Source: Candidatus Pacearchaeota archaeon (GTDB lineage: Archaea > Nanobdellota > Nanobdellia > Pacearchaeales > GW2011-AR1). From it: DNA of 64,000 bases. The DNA lies in assembly GCA_016188895.1 (NCBI GenBank), contig JACPGZ010000017.1, positions 2,538 through 66,537 of the forward strand. The letters are read 5' to 3'. Shown piece after piece: positions 19,354-28,204 of this stretch. Under the pieces are notes generated by a model. It did not search any database, was not told the DNA's origin, and saw only the letters and a program-made list of their open reading frames with translations. Made by a program: the position numbers and the translations under genes. How positions within the stretch are numbered: position 1 is the stretch's first letter; each line of letters begins with the position of its first letter.

Positions 19354-19533
19354 ATGAAAAGATGCATATATTGTAAAACCGATATCTCTGATGATAGTGT
19401 TGTTGATTTTTGCCAGAGATGCGGGCATAATGTATGGGGTGAGAAAATGTTCAATGCAATTATAGACAGCATGACAAAAGCAAGGGATAAAGGCGATTTG
19501 CTTCAGGGTTCTGTTACTGACAATTTCAAATGA
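19354..19533 (+). CDS. Small zinc-ribbon protein (59 aa, not in ORF track)
   Basis: MKRCIYC..FCQRCG..VWGEKMF; GAGGG upstream. Confidence 0.75.
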   Translation: MKRCIYCKTDISDDSVVDFCQRCGHNVWGEKMFNAIIDSMTKARDKGDLLQGSVTDNFK

Positions 19534-19834
19534 AGAAAACAGGATTGATTGTGAGTGTATAACTTTAATTTTTTATATTTTTTATGAATATATTCTGGTT
19601 TCTTATCTTAGCAAGATAAATTTTTCTGATTTTCTAAGTTTTTCTGATGGAATATTTATATTAATATTAAGAATTAATTTAATAATTTCAGGATTATTTA
19701 TAATCTTTCCGATAATTTCTCTTTTATTAGCAACAATAAAACCAAAGAAAGGAAGGGATATTACTTTATTAATTTTAAATATTATAATCATATTAATTGC
19801 GGTATATTTTGCTTTATTGATGGGATTTAGCTAA
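19530..19834 (+). pseudogene. Probable frameshifted small membrane protein
   Basis: MKKTGLIVSV stop, then hydrophobic -1 frame ITLIFYIF..LLMGFS to TAA 19834; ATGA coupling to upstream gene. Confidence 0.45.
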
Positions 19835-19904
19835 AAATCTTTCTACCGCAAGCCTTAAAAACAATAGAAAAGCTTTTTAATCTACCTTTAATAAGTAATA
19901 ACAT

Positions 19905-19969
19905 AAGGGAAATTACGTTTTTCCCCTTAGACCCCTTCCTTTAAAGAAGATACCATTCCTTTAAAGAAG
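19905..19969 (+). repeat. REP-like hairpin family 2 copy plus 14-bp direct repeat
   Basis: AAGGGAAATTACGTTTTTCCCCTTAGACCCC, then TTCCTTTAAAGAAG twice (19936, 19956). Confidence 0.65.
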
Positions 19970-20001
19970 GGCTTGTGAGTGAGAATAAGCAGGAGTATAA
20001 C

Positions 20002-20328
20002 ATGGAGCTTGAAGGAGTTTTGCTTAGCGGATTTAATGAGCTAGAAGAGATAGACAAAAATGCTGTAAATAGGGTACTAGGCGAATATATGAAGAAGATG
20101 AAAAGGCATCATGACTTCAAGCAGCTGCATATACATATTAAGAAAAATATTAAGGGTAAGGTTGAGCTGTTTGAGATTAAGGCAAACCTCCAGGCAAGAA
20201 AAGTATTAAGCTCAAGTGTTGAGGGATACAATCCTTATAAGACGCTTGCTGAAGTGCTTGAAAATCTGATGAAGGAATTAGAACACGAGCACACAAGAAA
20301 CATAAGGGCAAGCCCAAGAGAATTATAA
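20002..20328 (+). CDS. HPF/RaiA-like (ribosome hibernation fold) protein
   Basis: Beta-alpha-beta-beta-beta-alpha pattern: LHIHIKK..FEIKANL..SSVEGYNPYKTLAEVLENL; AGGAG before ATG 20002. Confidence 0.6.
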   Translation: MELEGVLLSGFNELEEIDKNAVNRVLGEYMKKMKRHHDFKQLHIHIKKNIKGKVELFEIKANLQARKVLSSSVEGYNPYKTLAEVLENLMKELEHEHTRNIRASPREL

Positions 20329-20345
20329 TAAAACTAAGCAGAAAA

Positions 20346-20744
20346 ATGTTAAAGAAAAAACCTGTAAAGGAAAAGGGAAAGATCAGGCTTAGTGAATACT
20401 TTAAAGGCCTGAAAGCAGGAGACATGGTAAGCATTGTTAGAGAGCTAAGCCTTGCTACTGGATTTCCTAAAAGATTGCAGGGAAGAACAGGGCAGGTTAT
20501 CAGCAAGAAAGGAGAAGCTTATATAGTGAATATAAATGATAATAAAAAAACTAAACAATACATCATAAGAGCAATACATTTAAGAAAAGCCCATTCCAGC
20601 CCATTCCATAGGGCATCGGAAACACAGAGTACGAGCCCACTGCGTAGGGCATTGCAGACACAGAGAACTGGCCCACTGCGTAGGGCATTGCAGACACAGA
20701 GAACTGGCCCACTGCGTAGGGCATTGCAGACACATCGGAGTTGA
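20346..20744 (+). CDS. rpl21e: 50S ribosomal protein L21e with repeat-derived C-terminal extension
   Basis: GKIRLSEYF..GD.V..FPKRLQGRTG.V..IHLRK; then SPFHRASETQST/GPLRRALQTQRT units. Confidence 0.92.
   Translation: MLKKKPVKEKGKIRLSEYFKGLKAGDMVSIVRELSLATGFPKRLQGRTGQVISKKGEAYIVNINDNKKTKQYIIRAIHLRKAHSSPFHRASETQSTSPLRRALQTQRTGPLRRALQTQRTGPLRRALQTHRS
20589..20744 (+). repeat. Tandem 36-bp array of dispersed repeat, copy F
   Basis: 10-bp partial GCCCATTCCA, three full 36-bp units and a partial fourth ending CATCGGAGTTGA. Confidence 0.95.
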
Positions 20745-20745
20745 A

Positions 20746-21045
20746 ATGATAAAAGAAAACATGCCATTGAGCCTTTTGGAAGTTAAAGAACTGCTTGACG
20801 AACTGAAGATAGAGAACAAAGAGCTTGATGGATTTTTAAAGAAGTTTATTAAGATAAAATCAGTTGATGAGATTAAAAAGGAACTAAACGGACTTGGGTT
20901 TATCAAGATGAAAGCTGAGCATATTGCAAAGCTCATTGATATCATGCCTGAAAACATACAAGAATTAAACAAGATATTTACAGATGTTACGCTTGATGAA
21001 AATGAGGCAAATAAAATACTTGATATTATTAAAAAACATAAATAA
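20746..21045 (+). CDS. rpoF: RNA polymerase subunit F (Rpo4)
   Basis: PLSLLEVKELL..KLIDIMPEN..EL..IF; L21e-RpoF-DUF655 synteny. Confidence 0.9.
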   Translation: MIKENMPLSLLEVKELLDELKIENKELDGFLKKFIKIKSVDEIKKELNGLGFIKMKAEHIAKLIDIMPENIQELNKIFTDVTLDENEANKILDIIKKHK

Positions 21046-21047
21046 AA

Positions 21048-21587
21048 ATGACAATCAAAGAAGAACACGCAATCATACTAGATTTCTTACCTTATGGATA
21101 CCCGCTAGAAGGTAAAAGGGTTCCAATAGCCCAGGCTATAGGAATTAATAATTTTATTCTATTGCAGCTTGTTCCAAGAAAGGAAACAGTTTTAGAGATT
21201 AAAGAAAGGGTTTATATTGGAGAAGGAAAAAGAGATAAAATATATTATATTCTTGGAAGACTTCCCAGAGAAAAACTGACGGAAACTGCAAAAAACCAGC
21301 TGAGAGAATTTATTGATAATACTGTTGATGAGAATGAACAAAAATTTGTTGAATTTTTTAATACTTGCCAGCCAATAAACACGCGCTTGCATCAATTAGA
21401 GCTTCTTCCTGGAATGGGAAAAAAGCATACAAGGGAGATTATTGAAGAAAAGAAGAATGGTGAATTTAAATCATTCGAGGATATGAAGAAAAGATTACCT
21501 CACTTGCCAGATCCAAAAACAGCTATAAAGAAAAGAATCTATGAAGAGCTTACGGAATTACAAAGACATAATCTTTTCATAAAATAA
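21048..21587 (+). CDS. DUF655 putative RNA-binding protein
   Basis: EEHAIILDFLPYG, RLHQLELLPGMGKK. Confidence 0.93.
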   Translation: MTIKEEHAIILDFLPYGYPLEGKRVPIAQAIGINNFILLQLVPRKETVLEIKERVYIGEGKRDKIYYILGRLPREKLTETAKNQLREFIDNTVDENEQKFVEFFNTCQPINTRLHQLELLPGMGKKHTREIIEEKKNGEFKSFEDMKKRLPHLPDPKTAIKKRIYEELTELQRHNLFIK

Positions 21588-21601
21588 CAAGATTTAAGAA
21601 T

Positions 21602-21682
21602 GCCCATTCCAGCCCATTCCATAGGGCATCGGAGTGATGCAGAGCAGAAGCGTCGCGAGGCATAGAGGACGGGCGTCGGATT
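21602..21682 (+). repeat. Dispersed repeat, long form (copy G), upstream of rps13
   Basis: GCCCATTCCA-GCCCATTCCATAGGGCATCGGAGTGATGCAGAGCAGAAGCGTCGCGAGGCATAGAGGACGGGCGTCGGA. Confidence 0.92.
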
Positions 21683-21687
21683 ATAAG

Positions 21688-22155
21688 ATGAAGAAAGAAG
21701 ATAATGTAAAGGCAGAAAACGTTTCTCTAGTTAGAATTATGGCGGCAGATATTCCTGGGAACAAGAGCGTCTATGCTGGGCTAACAAGAATAAAAGGTAT
21801 ATCATGGGGCTTATCCAACGCTATTTGCAAAAAACTTGGGATAGATAGATATAGAAAAATATCTAGTTTATCGCACGATGATATCAAAAAGCTGGAGAAA
21901 TATGCTGAAAACCCTGACCTGCCTGTATTTTTAGTTAATAGAAGATATGATAGAGAGACTGGCAAGAATATGCATTTATTTGTGTCTGATTTAGAGCTTG
22001 TTAAAGAGTTTGATATTAAAAGATTAAAACAAATCAGGTCTTACAGAGGATTAAGGCACGCGAGCGGACAGCCTGTAAGAGGGCAGAGAACAAAAAGCCA
22101 TTTTAGAGAGAACAGGGTTGTTGGAGTAATGAAAAAGAAGGTAAAAAGAAAATGA
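21688..22155 (+). CDS. rps13: 30S ribosomal protein S13
   Basis: GLTRIKGIS, IRSYRGLRH..GQPVRGQRTK; start ATG 21688. Confidence 0.96.
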   Translation: MKKEDNVKAENVSLVRIMAADIPGNKSVYAGLTRIKGISWGLSNAICKKLGIDRYRKISSLSHDDIKKLEKYAENPDLPVFLVNRRYDRETGKNMHLFVSDLELVKEFDIKRLKQIRSYRGLRHASGQPVRGQRTKSHFRENRVVGVMKKKVKRK

Positions 22156-22607
22156 TGTTCGGAAAAAAACATAGCAAATACAAAAGACCGCGAAAGCTGT
22201 ATGATAAATATAGAATAGAAGCTGAGAAAGAAATTGTCAAGAAATATGGGCTAAAAAATAAGAAAGAGATTTGGAAGGCAGAAGCGGCTATAGAAAGCAT
22301 CAGAAGAAGAGGCAAGATGCTGATAGTTGCTGAGCCTGAAAAACAAAGAAAATTTGTCTCCAAATTGAAAAAAATGAATTTTGATATCAATGAAATTTCA
22401 GATGTCCTTGCATTAAACAAGGAAGATTGGTTAAAAAGAAGATTACAAACTATTGTTTATGAAAAAAAACTTTCTGAAAGCCCTAAGCAGGCAAGACAAC
22501 TTATTGTGCACAAGCATATCGCAGTTGGAGACCATATAATCAATAAACCTTCATACATGGTTGATATGGATGACGAAAAAAAGATAAGGAGGGTTAACAA
22601 TGGCTGA
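22152..22607 (+). CDS. rps4: 30S ribosomal protein S4
   Basis: KYGLKNKKEIWK, RRLQTIV, QARQLIVHKHI. Confidence 0.96.
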   Translation: MMFGKKHSKYKRPRKLYDKYRIEAEKEIVKKYGLKNKKEIWKAEAAIESIRRRGKMLIVAEPEKQRKFVSKLKKMNFDINEISDVLALNKEDWLKRRLQTIVYEKKLSESPKQARQLIVHKHIAVGDHIINKPSYMVDMDDEKKIRRVNNG

Positions 22608-23118
22608 AAGCCCACTGCATAGGGCATTGCAGTTGCATAGTACCAGCCCACTGCATAGGGCATCGGAAACACAGAGTACGAGCCCATTACGCTCCCATTC
22701 CATAGAGCATCGGAGTGATGCAGAGCAGAAGCGTCGTGAGGTGGGAGAACGAGAAGGAATTGTTTATATTTTCACATCATTTAACAATACAATTGTTCAT
22801 GCTACAGATTTATCAGGAAATACAATATCGCGCATATCTGGAGGAATTGTTACAAAACAAGATAGACTTAAAGCCAACCCGACTGTTGCTATGTTTGTTG
22901 CAAAAAGGGTGGCTGAAATGTTAAAAGATAACGGGGTAAATGCTCTGTATATTAGAATACGTGCAAAAACAGGAAGCTCTGGGCTAGGACCTGGAGCGCA
23001 TGCTGTTGTAAAGAGCCTATCAAAAGAAGGATTTAGAATTATAAGCATTGTTGATACAACAAGAATACCAAGAGGCGGGCCAAAGCCTGCAGGCGGTAGA
23101 AGGGGAAGACGTGTTTAA
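22600..23118 (+). CDS. rps11: 30S ribosomal protein S11 with about 44-aa repeat-derived N-terminal insertion
   Basis: IFTSFNNTIVHATDLSG, GPGA, DTTRIP..GGRRGRRV; GGAGG before ATG 22600. Confidence 0.94.
   Translation: MAESPLHRALQLHSTSPLHRASETQSTSPLRSHSIEHRSDAEQKRREVGEREGIVYIFTSFNNTIVHATDLSGNTISRISGGIVTKQDRLKANPTVAMFVAKRVAEMLKDNGVNALYIRIRAKTGSSGLGPGAHAVVKSLSKEGFRIISIVDTTRIPRGGPKPAGGRRGRRV
22610..22741 (+). repeat. In-frame dispersed repeat array in rps11, copy H
   Basis: Two 36-bp units plus the long module shared with copy G (CATCGGAGTGATGCAGAGCAGAAGCGTCG). Confidence 0.93.
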
Positions 23119-23119
23119 G

Positions 23120-23815
23120 ATGAAAATAATTGAAAAAAATAAATCAAAAATTGTATTTACACTTGACATAGATGCTTCTTTAGCAAATGCTATCAGAAGA
23201 AGCATTAATGAGATCCCCATTCTTGCAGTTGATGAGGTTGAATTTTATAAGAATGATTCTGTACTTAATGATCAGATAATTGCTCACAGAATTGGGCTTC
23301 TGCCTCTTAAAAGAGTAAATGTCAAGGATAGCAATCCTCTTCAGCTAAAACTTTCTGTTAAAGGTCCGAAAACCGTGTATGCAAGCGAGCTTGGGTCTCA
23401 GATAGTATATCCTGATATGCCCATAATTGTGCTTGAGAAAGGACAAGAACTAGAGTTTGTTGCATATGCGCGAATGGGAAAAGGAATAGAGCATATAAAA
23501 TATTCTCCAGGGCATGCTTATTACAGGCATCTTTATGATATAGATATAAAAAAGAATGTAGATAAAATAAAGGTATTTCTTGAAGATAAAAGAGCGATGC
23601 TAATAGAAAAACAAGAAAAAGAAACCTATCGCTATGACCTTGCAGAATCAATGCTAGATGCTCTAAAAGAGGAATTTAAAGATTCTGTTGATATTAAAGA
23701 ATCTGGCGACATTATATTTTTTATAGAATCATTCGGGCAGATTGATGCTGACAAGATTCTTTTGGAAGCAATAGATGTCTTGCGAGAGAACTTGCAGGAC
23801 ATTGGGAAAGCTTAA
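23120..23815 (+). CDS. rpoD: RNA polymerase subunit D (Rpo3)
   Basis: LANAIRR..P.LAVDEV..NDSVL..AHRIGL.PL. Confidence 0.95.
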   Translation: MKIIEKNKSKIVFTLDIDASLANAIRRSINEIPILAVDEVEFYKNDSVLNDQIIAHRIGLLPLKRVNVKDSNPLQLKLSVKGPKTVYASELGSQIVYPDMPIIVLEKGQELEFVAYARMGKGIEHIKYSPGHAYYRHLYDIDIKKNVDKIKVFLEDKRAMLIEKQEKETYRYDLAESMLDALKEEFKDSVDIKESGDIIFFIESFGQIDADKILLEAIDVLRENLQDIGKA

Positions 23816-23866
23816 ACTTTTTCTAAACAGATATACTTAAAAGTCAATTAAATCCTATGTTTTTAT

Positions 23867-23961
23867 GCAGGAGTGCCAGAGCGGTCAAATGGGCTTGGCT
23901 AAGGCCTATGTAGAAACCAAGTGGCTTAGTGCCTGCGAAGGTTCGAATCCTTCCTCCTGCA
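23867..23961 (+). tRNA. tRNA-Leu, anticodon AAG, 11-nt intron (23905-23915)
   Basis: Acceptor GCAGGAG/CTCCTGC, discriminator A, anticodon stem CTTGG/CCAAG, loop CT-AAG-G..A, long variable arm, T arm GAAGG-TTCGAAT-CCTTC. Confidence 0.85.
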
Positions 23962-23966
23962 TTGAA

Positions 23967-24242
23967 ATGGAAATTAGAAGGCTTGAGGAAATATTTGATG
24001 ATAGGGAAGATGTGATAATGGCGAGAAGAATCTTAAATGCTGTAGAAAACTCTCCATTTAGTGAATATGAGGTAGGGGTTCCAATTTCCTCTATATTAGT
24101 AAAAATTAATGGGTATAATATTAAAAATAATAATTATGCAAAGGGACTAATAGCCGCCTTGGTTGAGTGGAGTTACTTGGAGTATCATGATAATAGCGAA
24201 AAGGGGGCTCCAAGGGTAGCTATTCCAGCAGATCTAAGATAA
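23967..24242 (+). CDS. Hypothetical protein (possible winged helix)
   Basis: ATG just after the tRNA; 91 aa. Confidence 0.55.
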   Translation: MEIRRLEEIFDDREDVIMARRILNAVENSPFSEYEVGVPISSILVKINGYNIKNNNYAKGLIAALVEWSYLEYHDNSEKGAPRVAIPADLR

Positions 24243-24289
24243 ATTTAAATAACCTCATTTTTCTATATCGCTATTAATTTATATTAATA

Positions 24290-24658
24290 ATGATAAGCAA
24301 AACAAAGATAGACAAGAAGATGAAGAGAAAGACAAATCCCGAATTAGTGAAGCTTGTAAGAAAATTAAGGAAAAGCAAAGGATGGATTGGTGTTGCTAAT
24401 ATTCTATCATATCCAAGAAGGAAAAAAATAGAAAAGAACATTGACGAGCTTAATAAGGAGGCAGAAGAGAATATTACTATTGTTGTGCCTGGAAAGGTAT
24501 TGGGCGGGGGGGATGTTAACAAGAAGATTAAAGTTGTTGCGTTTTCTTTTTCAAAAGAGGCTTTAAGGAAATTAAAAGGAAAACATTGCGAAGCTTTATC
24601 AATTGAAGAGGAATTAAACAAAAACCATGACGGAAAGGGATTGAAGATATTAAAATGA
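24290..24658 (+). CDS. rpl18e: 50S ribosomal protein L18e
   Basis: RKTNPEL, VVPGKVLG.G, VAFSFS. Confidence 0.95.
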   Translation: MISKTKIDKKMKRKTNPELVKLVRKLRKSKGWIGVANILSYPRRKKIEKNIDELNKEAEENITIVVPGKVLGGGDVNKKIKVVAFSFSKEALRKLKGKHCEALSIEEELNKNHDGKGLKILK

Positions 24659-25065
24659 TTGTCATTGATGCTACAAATGCTATTCTTGGAAGACTTGCAA
24701 GCTTTGCTGCTAAGCAAGCTCTATTAGGGAACGAAATAGCTATTGTCAATGCAGAAAAAGCAATAATAGTAGGCAATGAAAAAAATATTGTTGGGAATTA
24801 TATGGAAAGAAGGCAGAGGGGTGGGAGCTCGCAAAAAGGGCCTAATTTTCCTACATTGCCTGAGATGATAATGAAAAGAACTATAAGGGGAATGATTAAT
24901 TACAAAAGCGGAAGGGGGCAGGTTGCTTTCAAGCGAATTAAATGTTTCAGAGGGATGCCTGATGAATTTAAGGATTCAAACAAAATTGTTTCTAAAAAAA
25001 AGAAACTTAAAAAGTTTACAAGACTTGAGAATTTATCAATGCATTTAAGAGGAAAAGCTCAATGA
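24655..25065 (+). CDS. rpl13: 50S ribosomal protein L13
   Basis: IDATNAILGRLAS..AK, KRTIRGM. Confidence 0.96.
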   Translation: MIVIDATNAILGRLASFAAKQALLGNEIAIVNAEKAIIVGNEKNIVGNYMERRQRGGSSQKGPNFPTLPEMIMKRTIRGMINYKSGRGQVAFKRIKCFRGMPDEFKDSNKIVSKKKKLKKFTRLENLSMHLRGKAQ

Positions 25066-25472
25066 AAATTCAAAAAGAAATTATTGTTTCAGGAAAGAGA
25101 AAGACTGCAGTAGCTAAAGCAATTATCAAACCTGGGGGCGGGAAGATCTTGATTAACAATATTCCGTATGAAAATCTAAATATGCTACATATATATGCAA
25201 TAAGAGAGCCTGTTGATATTGCAAAAAATATACTTGGTAATTTCAACTTTGATATTGTTGTAAATGTTAAAGGTGGGGGACACGAGGGGCAGATAGAAGC
25301 GGGCAGGCTTGCAATTGCAAAGGGATTGGTTGCAATTACAAAATCAAATAAACTAAAAGAGGCTTTTTTTAATTATGACAAGCATCTTTTAGTGGCAGAT
25401 ACTAGAAGAAAGGAAACGTATAAACCTGGCGATTCAAAAGCAAGGGCGAAACGGCAAAAAAGCTATCGCTGA
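25062..25472 (+). CDS. rps9: 30S ribosomal protein S9
   Basis: GKRKTAVA, VKGGG, D.RRKE..K..ARAKRQKSYR. Confidence 0.96.
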   Translation: MKIQKEIIVSGKRKTAVAKAIIKPGGGKILINNIPYENLNMLHIYAIREPVDIAKNILGNFNFDIVVNVKGGGHEGQIEAGRLAIAKGLVAITKSNKLKEAFFNYDKHLLVADTRRKETYKPGDSKARAKRQKSYR

Positions 25473-25558
25473 AGCAGTAACATATTTATAGAGTTTAATT
25501 TTATAGAATGCACTTTTCACTTTTCACACTTTTTAGGCACTAACAAATTGATGAATAG

Positions 25559-26422
25559 TTAATCTGAAGGTTTTTCTTGTAATTGATTAGCGTCCTTTGC
25601 AATAACATCCTTTAAAGCGTCAAAGGGATTCTTAACCTGTTTTATTTGTTCTTTGCTGATATGGGTGTATAATTGTGTGGTTTGAAGATTACTATGGCCT
25701 AAAATTTCTTGTATTATTCTTATGTCTGTGCCCTGCTCAAGCAAGTGGGTGGCGAACGAGTGGCGAAGTGTGTGCGGCGTAACTCGTTTCTTTATCCCAG
25801 CTTTTTTTGCCACGCTGCTTACTATTTTTTGGATGTTTCTTGTTGTCAATGGCTTGTATTTGGAAAATATATAGCTATTGACGCTGTTTTCTAAATAAAA
25901 AGAAAGTTGTTTTGATATCTCTTTAGACATTATGAACAGGCGATCTTTTTTGCCTTTGCCTCTCCGCACCCATCCTGTGCTTTCCTCGATATCAAGATCT
26001 TCTGGTTTTAGATTTACTAATTCAGAGACCCTTAATCCTGAAGAGTACAAAAGAGATATTATCAAATGAGATTTTTTTGTATCACATGAATTAAGGAGTT
26101 GTTTTACCTCTTCTTTTGTTAATACAGTAGGAAGCTTTTTTTCCTTTTTTGGGATTTTTATATTTGAAAGCTGTTTTTTTAATATCTCCTGGAACATAAA
26201 CCTGATTGCAGAGACTGCTAAAGAAACGGTTGACTTGCTTTTGTCCTTTAATAAATTAGAGAGATAATCTTTAACGTCATTTTCTGTAAGGTTTTCTATA
26301 TTTTTTTGAGAATAAGAAAAGAACTTGTCATTAAAAAAACAATAGTTTCTTATGGTTAATTCAGAGAATCCGCGCAGCCTTAATTCTGATGTCAGTTTTT
26401 CCAATGCCTCTTTATTATCCAT
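25559..26422 (-). CDS. xerA: Tyrosine recombinase XerA
   Basis: SSGLRVSE, GKGKKDR, HTLRHSFATH, LGH..TTQLY catalytic residues. Confidence 0.9.
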   Translation of the reverse strand: MDNKEALEKLTSELRLRGFSELTIRNYCFFNDKFFSYSQKNIENLTENDVKDYLSNLLKDKSKSTVSLAVSAIRFMFQEILKKQLSNIKIPKKEKKLPTVLTKEEVKQLLNSCDTKKSHLIISLLYSSGLRVSELVNLKPEDLDIEESTGWVRRGKGKKDRLFIMSKEISKQLSFYLENSVNSYIFSKYKPLTTRNIQKIVSSVAKKAGIKKRVTPHTLRHSFATHLLEQGTDIRIIQEILGHSNLQTTQLYTHISKEQIKQVKNPFDALKDVIAKDANQLQEKPSD

Positions 26423-26525
26423 AAAATATCATAATAAACCGATATTTATAAATTAATTGCCCAATCGCAAGTATATTATAAAAAAGAGATAAATTTAATA
26501 ATGCTTGATGCATGGATTATTTAAT

Positions 26526-26789
26526 ATGGAAAAGGATATTGGAAGAATTCAGAAGAACGAAAACACTGATATAGTTGTCAGAGTTGATGATTTTGGCGGC
26601 AGGATTGGAGTGACTATAAGAGAGCATGTCAAGGGAGAAAGATATACAGGATTTACAAAAGCTGGAACAAGGGTGCCTGCTGACAAGTTTTTAGAGTTTA
26701 GAGAGCTAATAAATAAGGTTAATTTAGATGACCTGAATTCTTCGCCAAATTCAGAAGAAGTAGTTACAGAGAATATTGATGATTACTAA
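26526..26789 (+). CDS. PC4/YdbC-like ssDNA-binding protein
   Basis: IVVRVDDFGG..VTIREH..GFTKAG.RV pattern. Confidence 0.6.
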   Translation: MEKDIGRIQKNENTDIVVRVDDFGGRIGVTIREHVKGERYTGFTKAGTRVPADKFLEFRELINKVNLDDLNSSPNSEEVVTENIDDY

Positions 26790-26831
26790 GATTTTTAAAC
26801 ATCAGATTCTTAAATTTATCAACACTGAAAA

Positions 26832-27230
26832 ATGAAAAAGAGGCAGTTAAAGGCAAGTAAAATAAGTTCTGGCGAGAGTGCTGAAAGCATTGTAAAATTA
26901 ATAGCTATATTGCATTATATCAGCGCTGTGTTCTTGGGGATATTGGGTTTTCTAATGATTGTTTTATCCTCGTTTTTTTGGAGTGTTGTCTCAGGGCTTA
27001 TTAGGATTCCGTTGGCTTTTATGATAATGATTTCTTTATTTATATTTGCTTTTGGTGTGTTTCAGTTTTTTGTAGCAGGCGGATTGTTGAAAAAAGAGTC
27101 ATGGGCAAGAACATCTGCTATTGTGCTTGGAATCCTGATGCTGTTTAGCTTTCCAATAGGAACATTTATTGGGATTATTACAATTTATTTTTTGGTATTT
27201 AACAGAGAAGTGATAAGGATGTTTAGGTAG
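26832..27230 (+). CDS. Hypothetical membrane protein
   Basis: Hydrophobic helices; GLLKKESWAR, FPIGT. Confidence 0.75.
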   Translation: MKKRQLKASKISSGESAESIVKLIAILHYISAVFLGILGFLMIVLSSFFWSVVSGLIRIPLAFMIMISLFIFAFGVFQFFVAGGLLKKESWARTSAIVLGILMLFSFPIGTFIGIITIYFLVFNREVIRMFR

Positions 27231-27280
27231 TTATTCTAAAGTTAAGAAATGTTTATATACGGGCATTTAAAAGCTAAATA

Positions 27281-28204
27281 ATGGAAATTCGTGCTGATCT
27301 TCATATGCATGGACCAATTGGATTTCAGCCATATTGGTTAAGAAAACAGAGCTATGCGGGAAAAAACCTCCTTCAATTGATAGCTGATGAATGCTTTAGT
27401 AAAGGAATTACAATTTGTGCTATTACAAGCCAGGCTGATGAGATTCCTAAAGGAAGTGTGCATGATAGATTGGGTTGTTTGAGAGATTATGAGGCAGGAC
27501 TTCTGCCAAAAGAATATTGTACAGATACTATTGGAAATGATATCTTAGTTGTCGAAATGGGCAAAGAGAGGGTTTATTTAGTAAATGGACAGACTGCCAT
27601 GCCTAAAGAAAATGGAAAGAAATATGATTTACTTATTGTTGGATCTAATCGAGTACCAAATTTTAAATCATTTAGAGATACCCTTAATTACGGAAAAGAT
27701 CATGGTTTAATACAAATTGCAGAGCATCCTTATGTTGAAACTCATAGAGGAATGGGAAAGGAACTTTTAGAGAGATATATTGATGATTTTGATGCAATTG
27801 AAGGGCATAATTCACAGGCTATATTCTGGAATTGGATGACTAAACTGCCGAAGATTGGATCAATGTTCTCAAGAGCTGGAAGGAAGATGAATGAACTGGC
27901 ACAAGAAACAGCTAAAAGATATAATAAACCTTGGATTGCAACATCTGATGCGCACCAAATTGAAGATCTAGGAATTTCCTATATAAGTTGGGATGGGGAA
28001 ATTAATAATTCAAATGAAGATAAATTCTTTTCGGATCTTAAAAATATAATAAGAAGAAATGAGTTTGATATTGATTGTAATTATGAATCAGTATTTCAAT
28101 GGTTTAAATGGATTGGAATATTCCAAATTGGATGCAAGGCAATTAAAGTAGGCAAGTTTGATGTTATTACAGATGCTTATACCCCCTCTAATGAATTGAG
28201 ATGA
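27281..28204 (+). CDS. PHP-family metal-dependent phosphoesterase-like protein
   Basis: ADLHMH, EHPY, DAIEGHN, SDAH. Confidence 0.8.
   Translation: MEIRADLHMHGPIGFQPYWLRKQSYAGKNLLQLIADECFSKGITICAITSQADEIPKGSVHDRLGCLRDYEAGLLPKEYCTDTIGNDILVVEMGKERVYLVNGQTAMPKENGKKYDLLIVGSNRVPNFKSFRDTLNYGKDHGLIQIAEHPYVETHRGMGKELLERYIDDFDAIEGHNSQAIFWNWMTKLPKIGSMFSRAGRKMNELAQETAKRYNKPWIATSDAHQIEDLGISYISWDGEINNSNEDKFFSDLKNIIRRNEFDIDCNYESVFQWFKWIGIFQIGCKAIKVGKFDVITDAYTPSNELR

Noticed and set aside
20589-20744. 36-bp periodic array as a CRISPR array
   Set aside because: Units are contiguous, with identical rather than unique spacers, lie inside a CDS, and no cas genes are present.
21634-21687. N-terminal extension of S13 from GTG/ATG inside the repeat
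   Set aside because: It derives from the repeat; ATG 21688 gives a normal-length S13, although upstream initiation cannot be excluded.
23865-23966. N-terminal part of ORF 23865-24242
   Set aside because: It overlaps the tRNA-Leu gene; the plausible start is ATG 23967.
25559-26422. Recombinase as integrase of a provirus or island
   Set aside because: Looks like housekeeping XerA; no att duplication of either tRNA, no viral genes and no integron-integrase insertion recognised. No convincing dif site found by eye.
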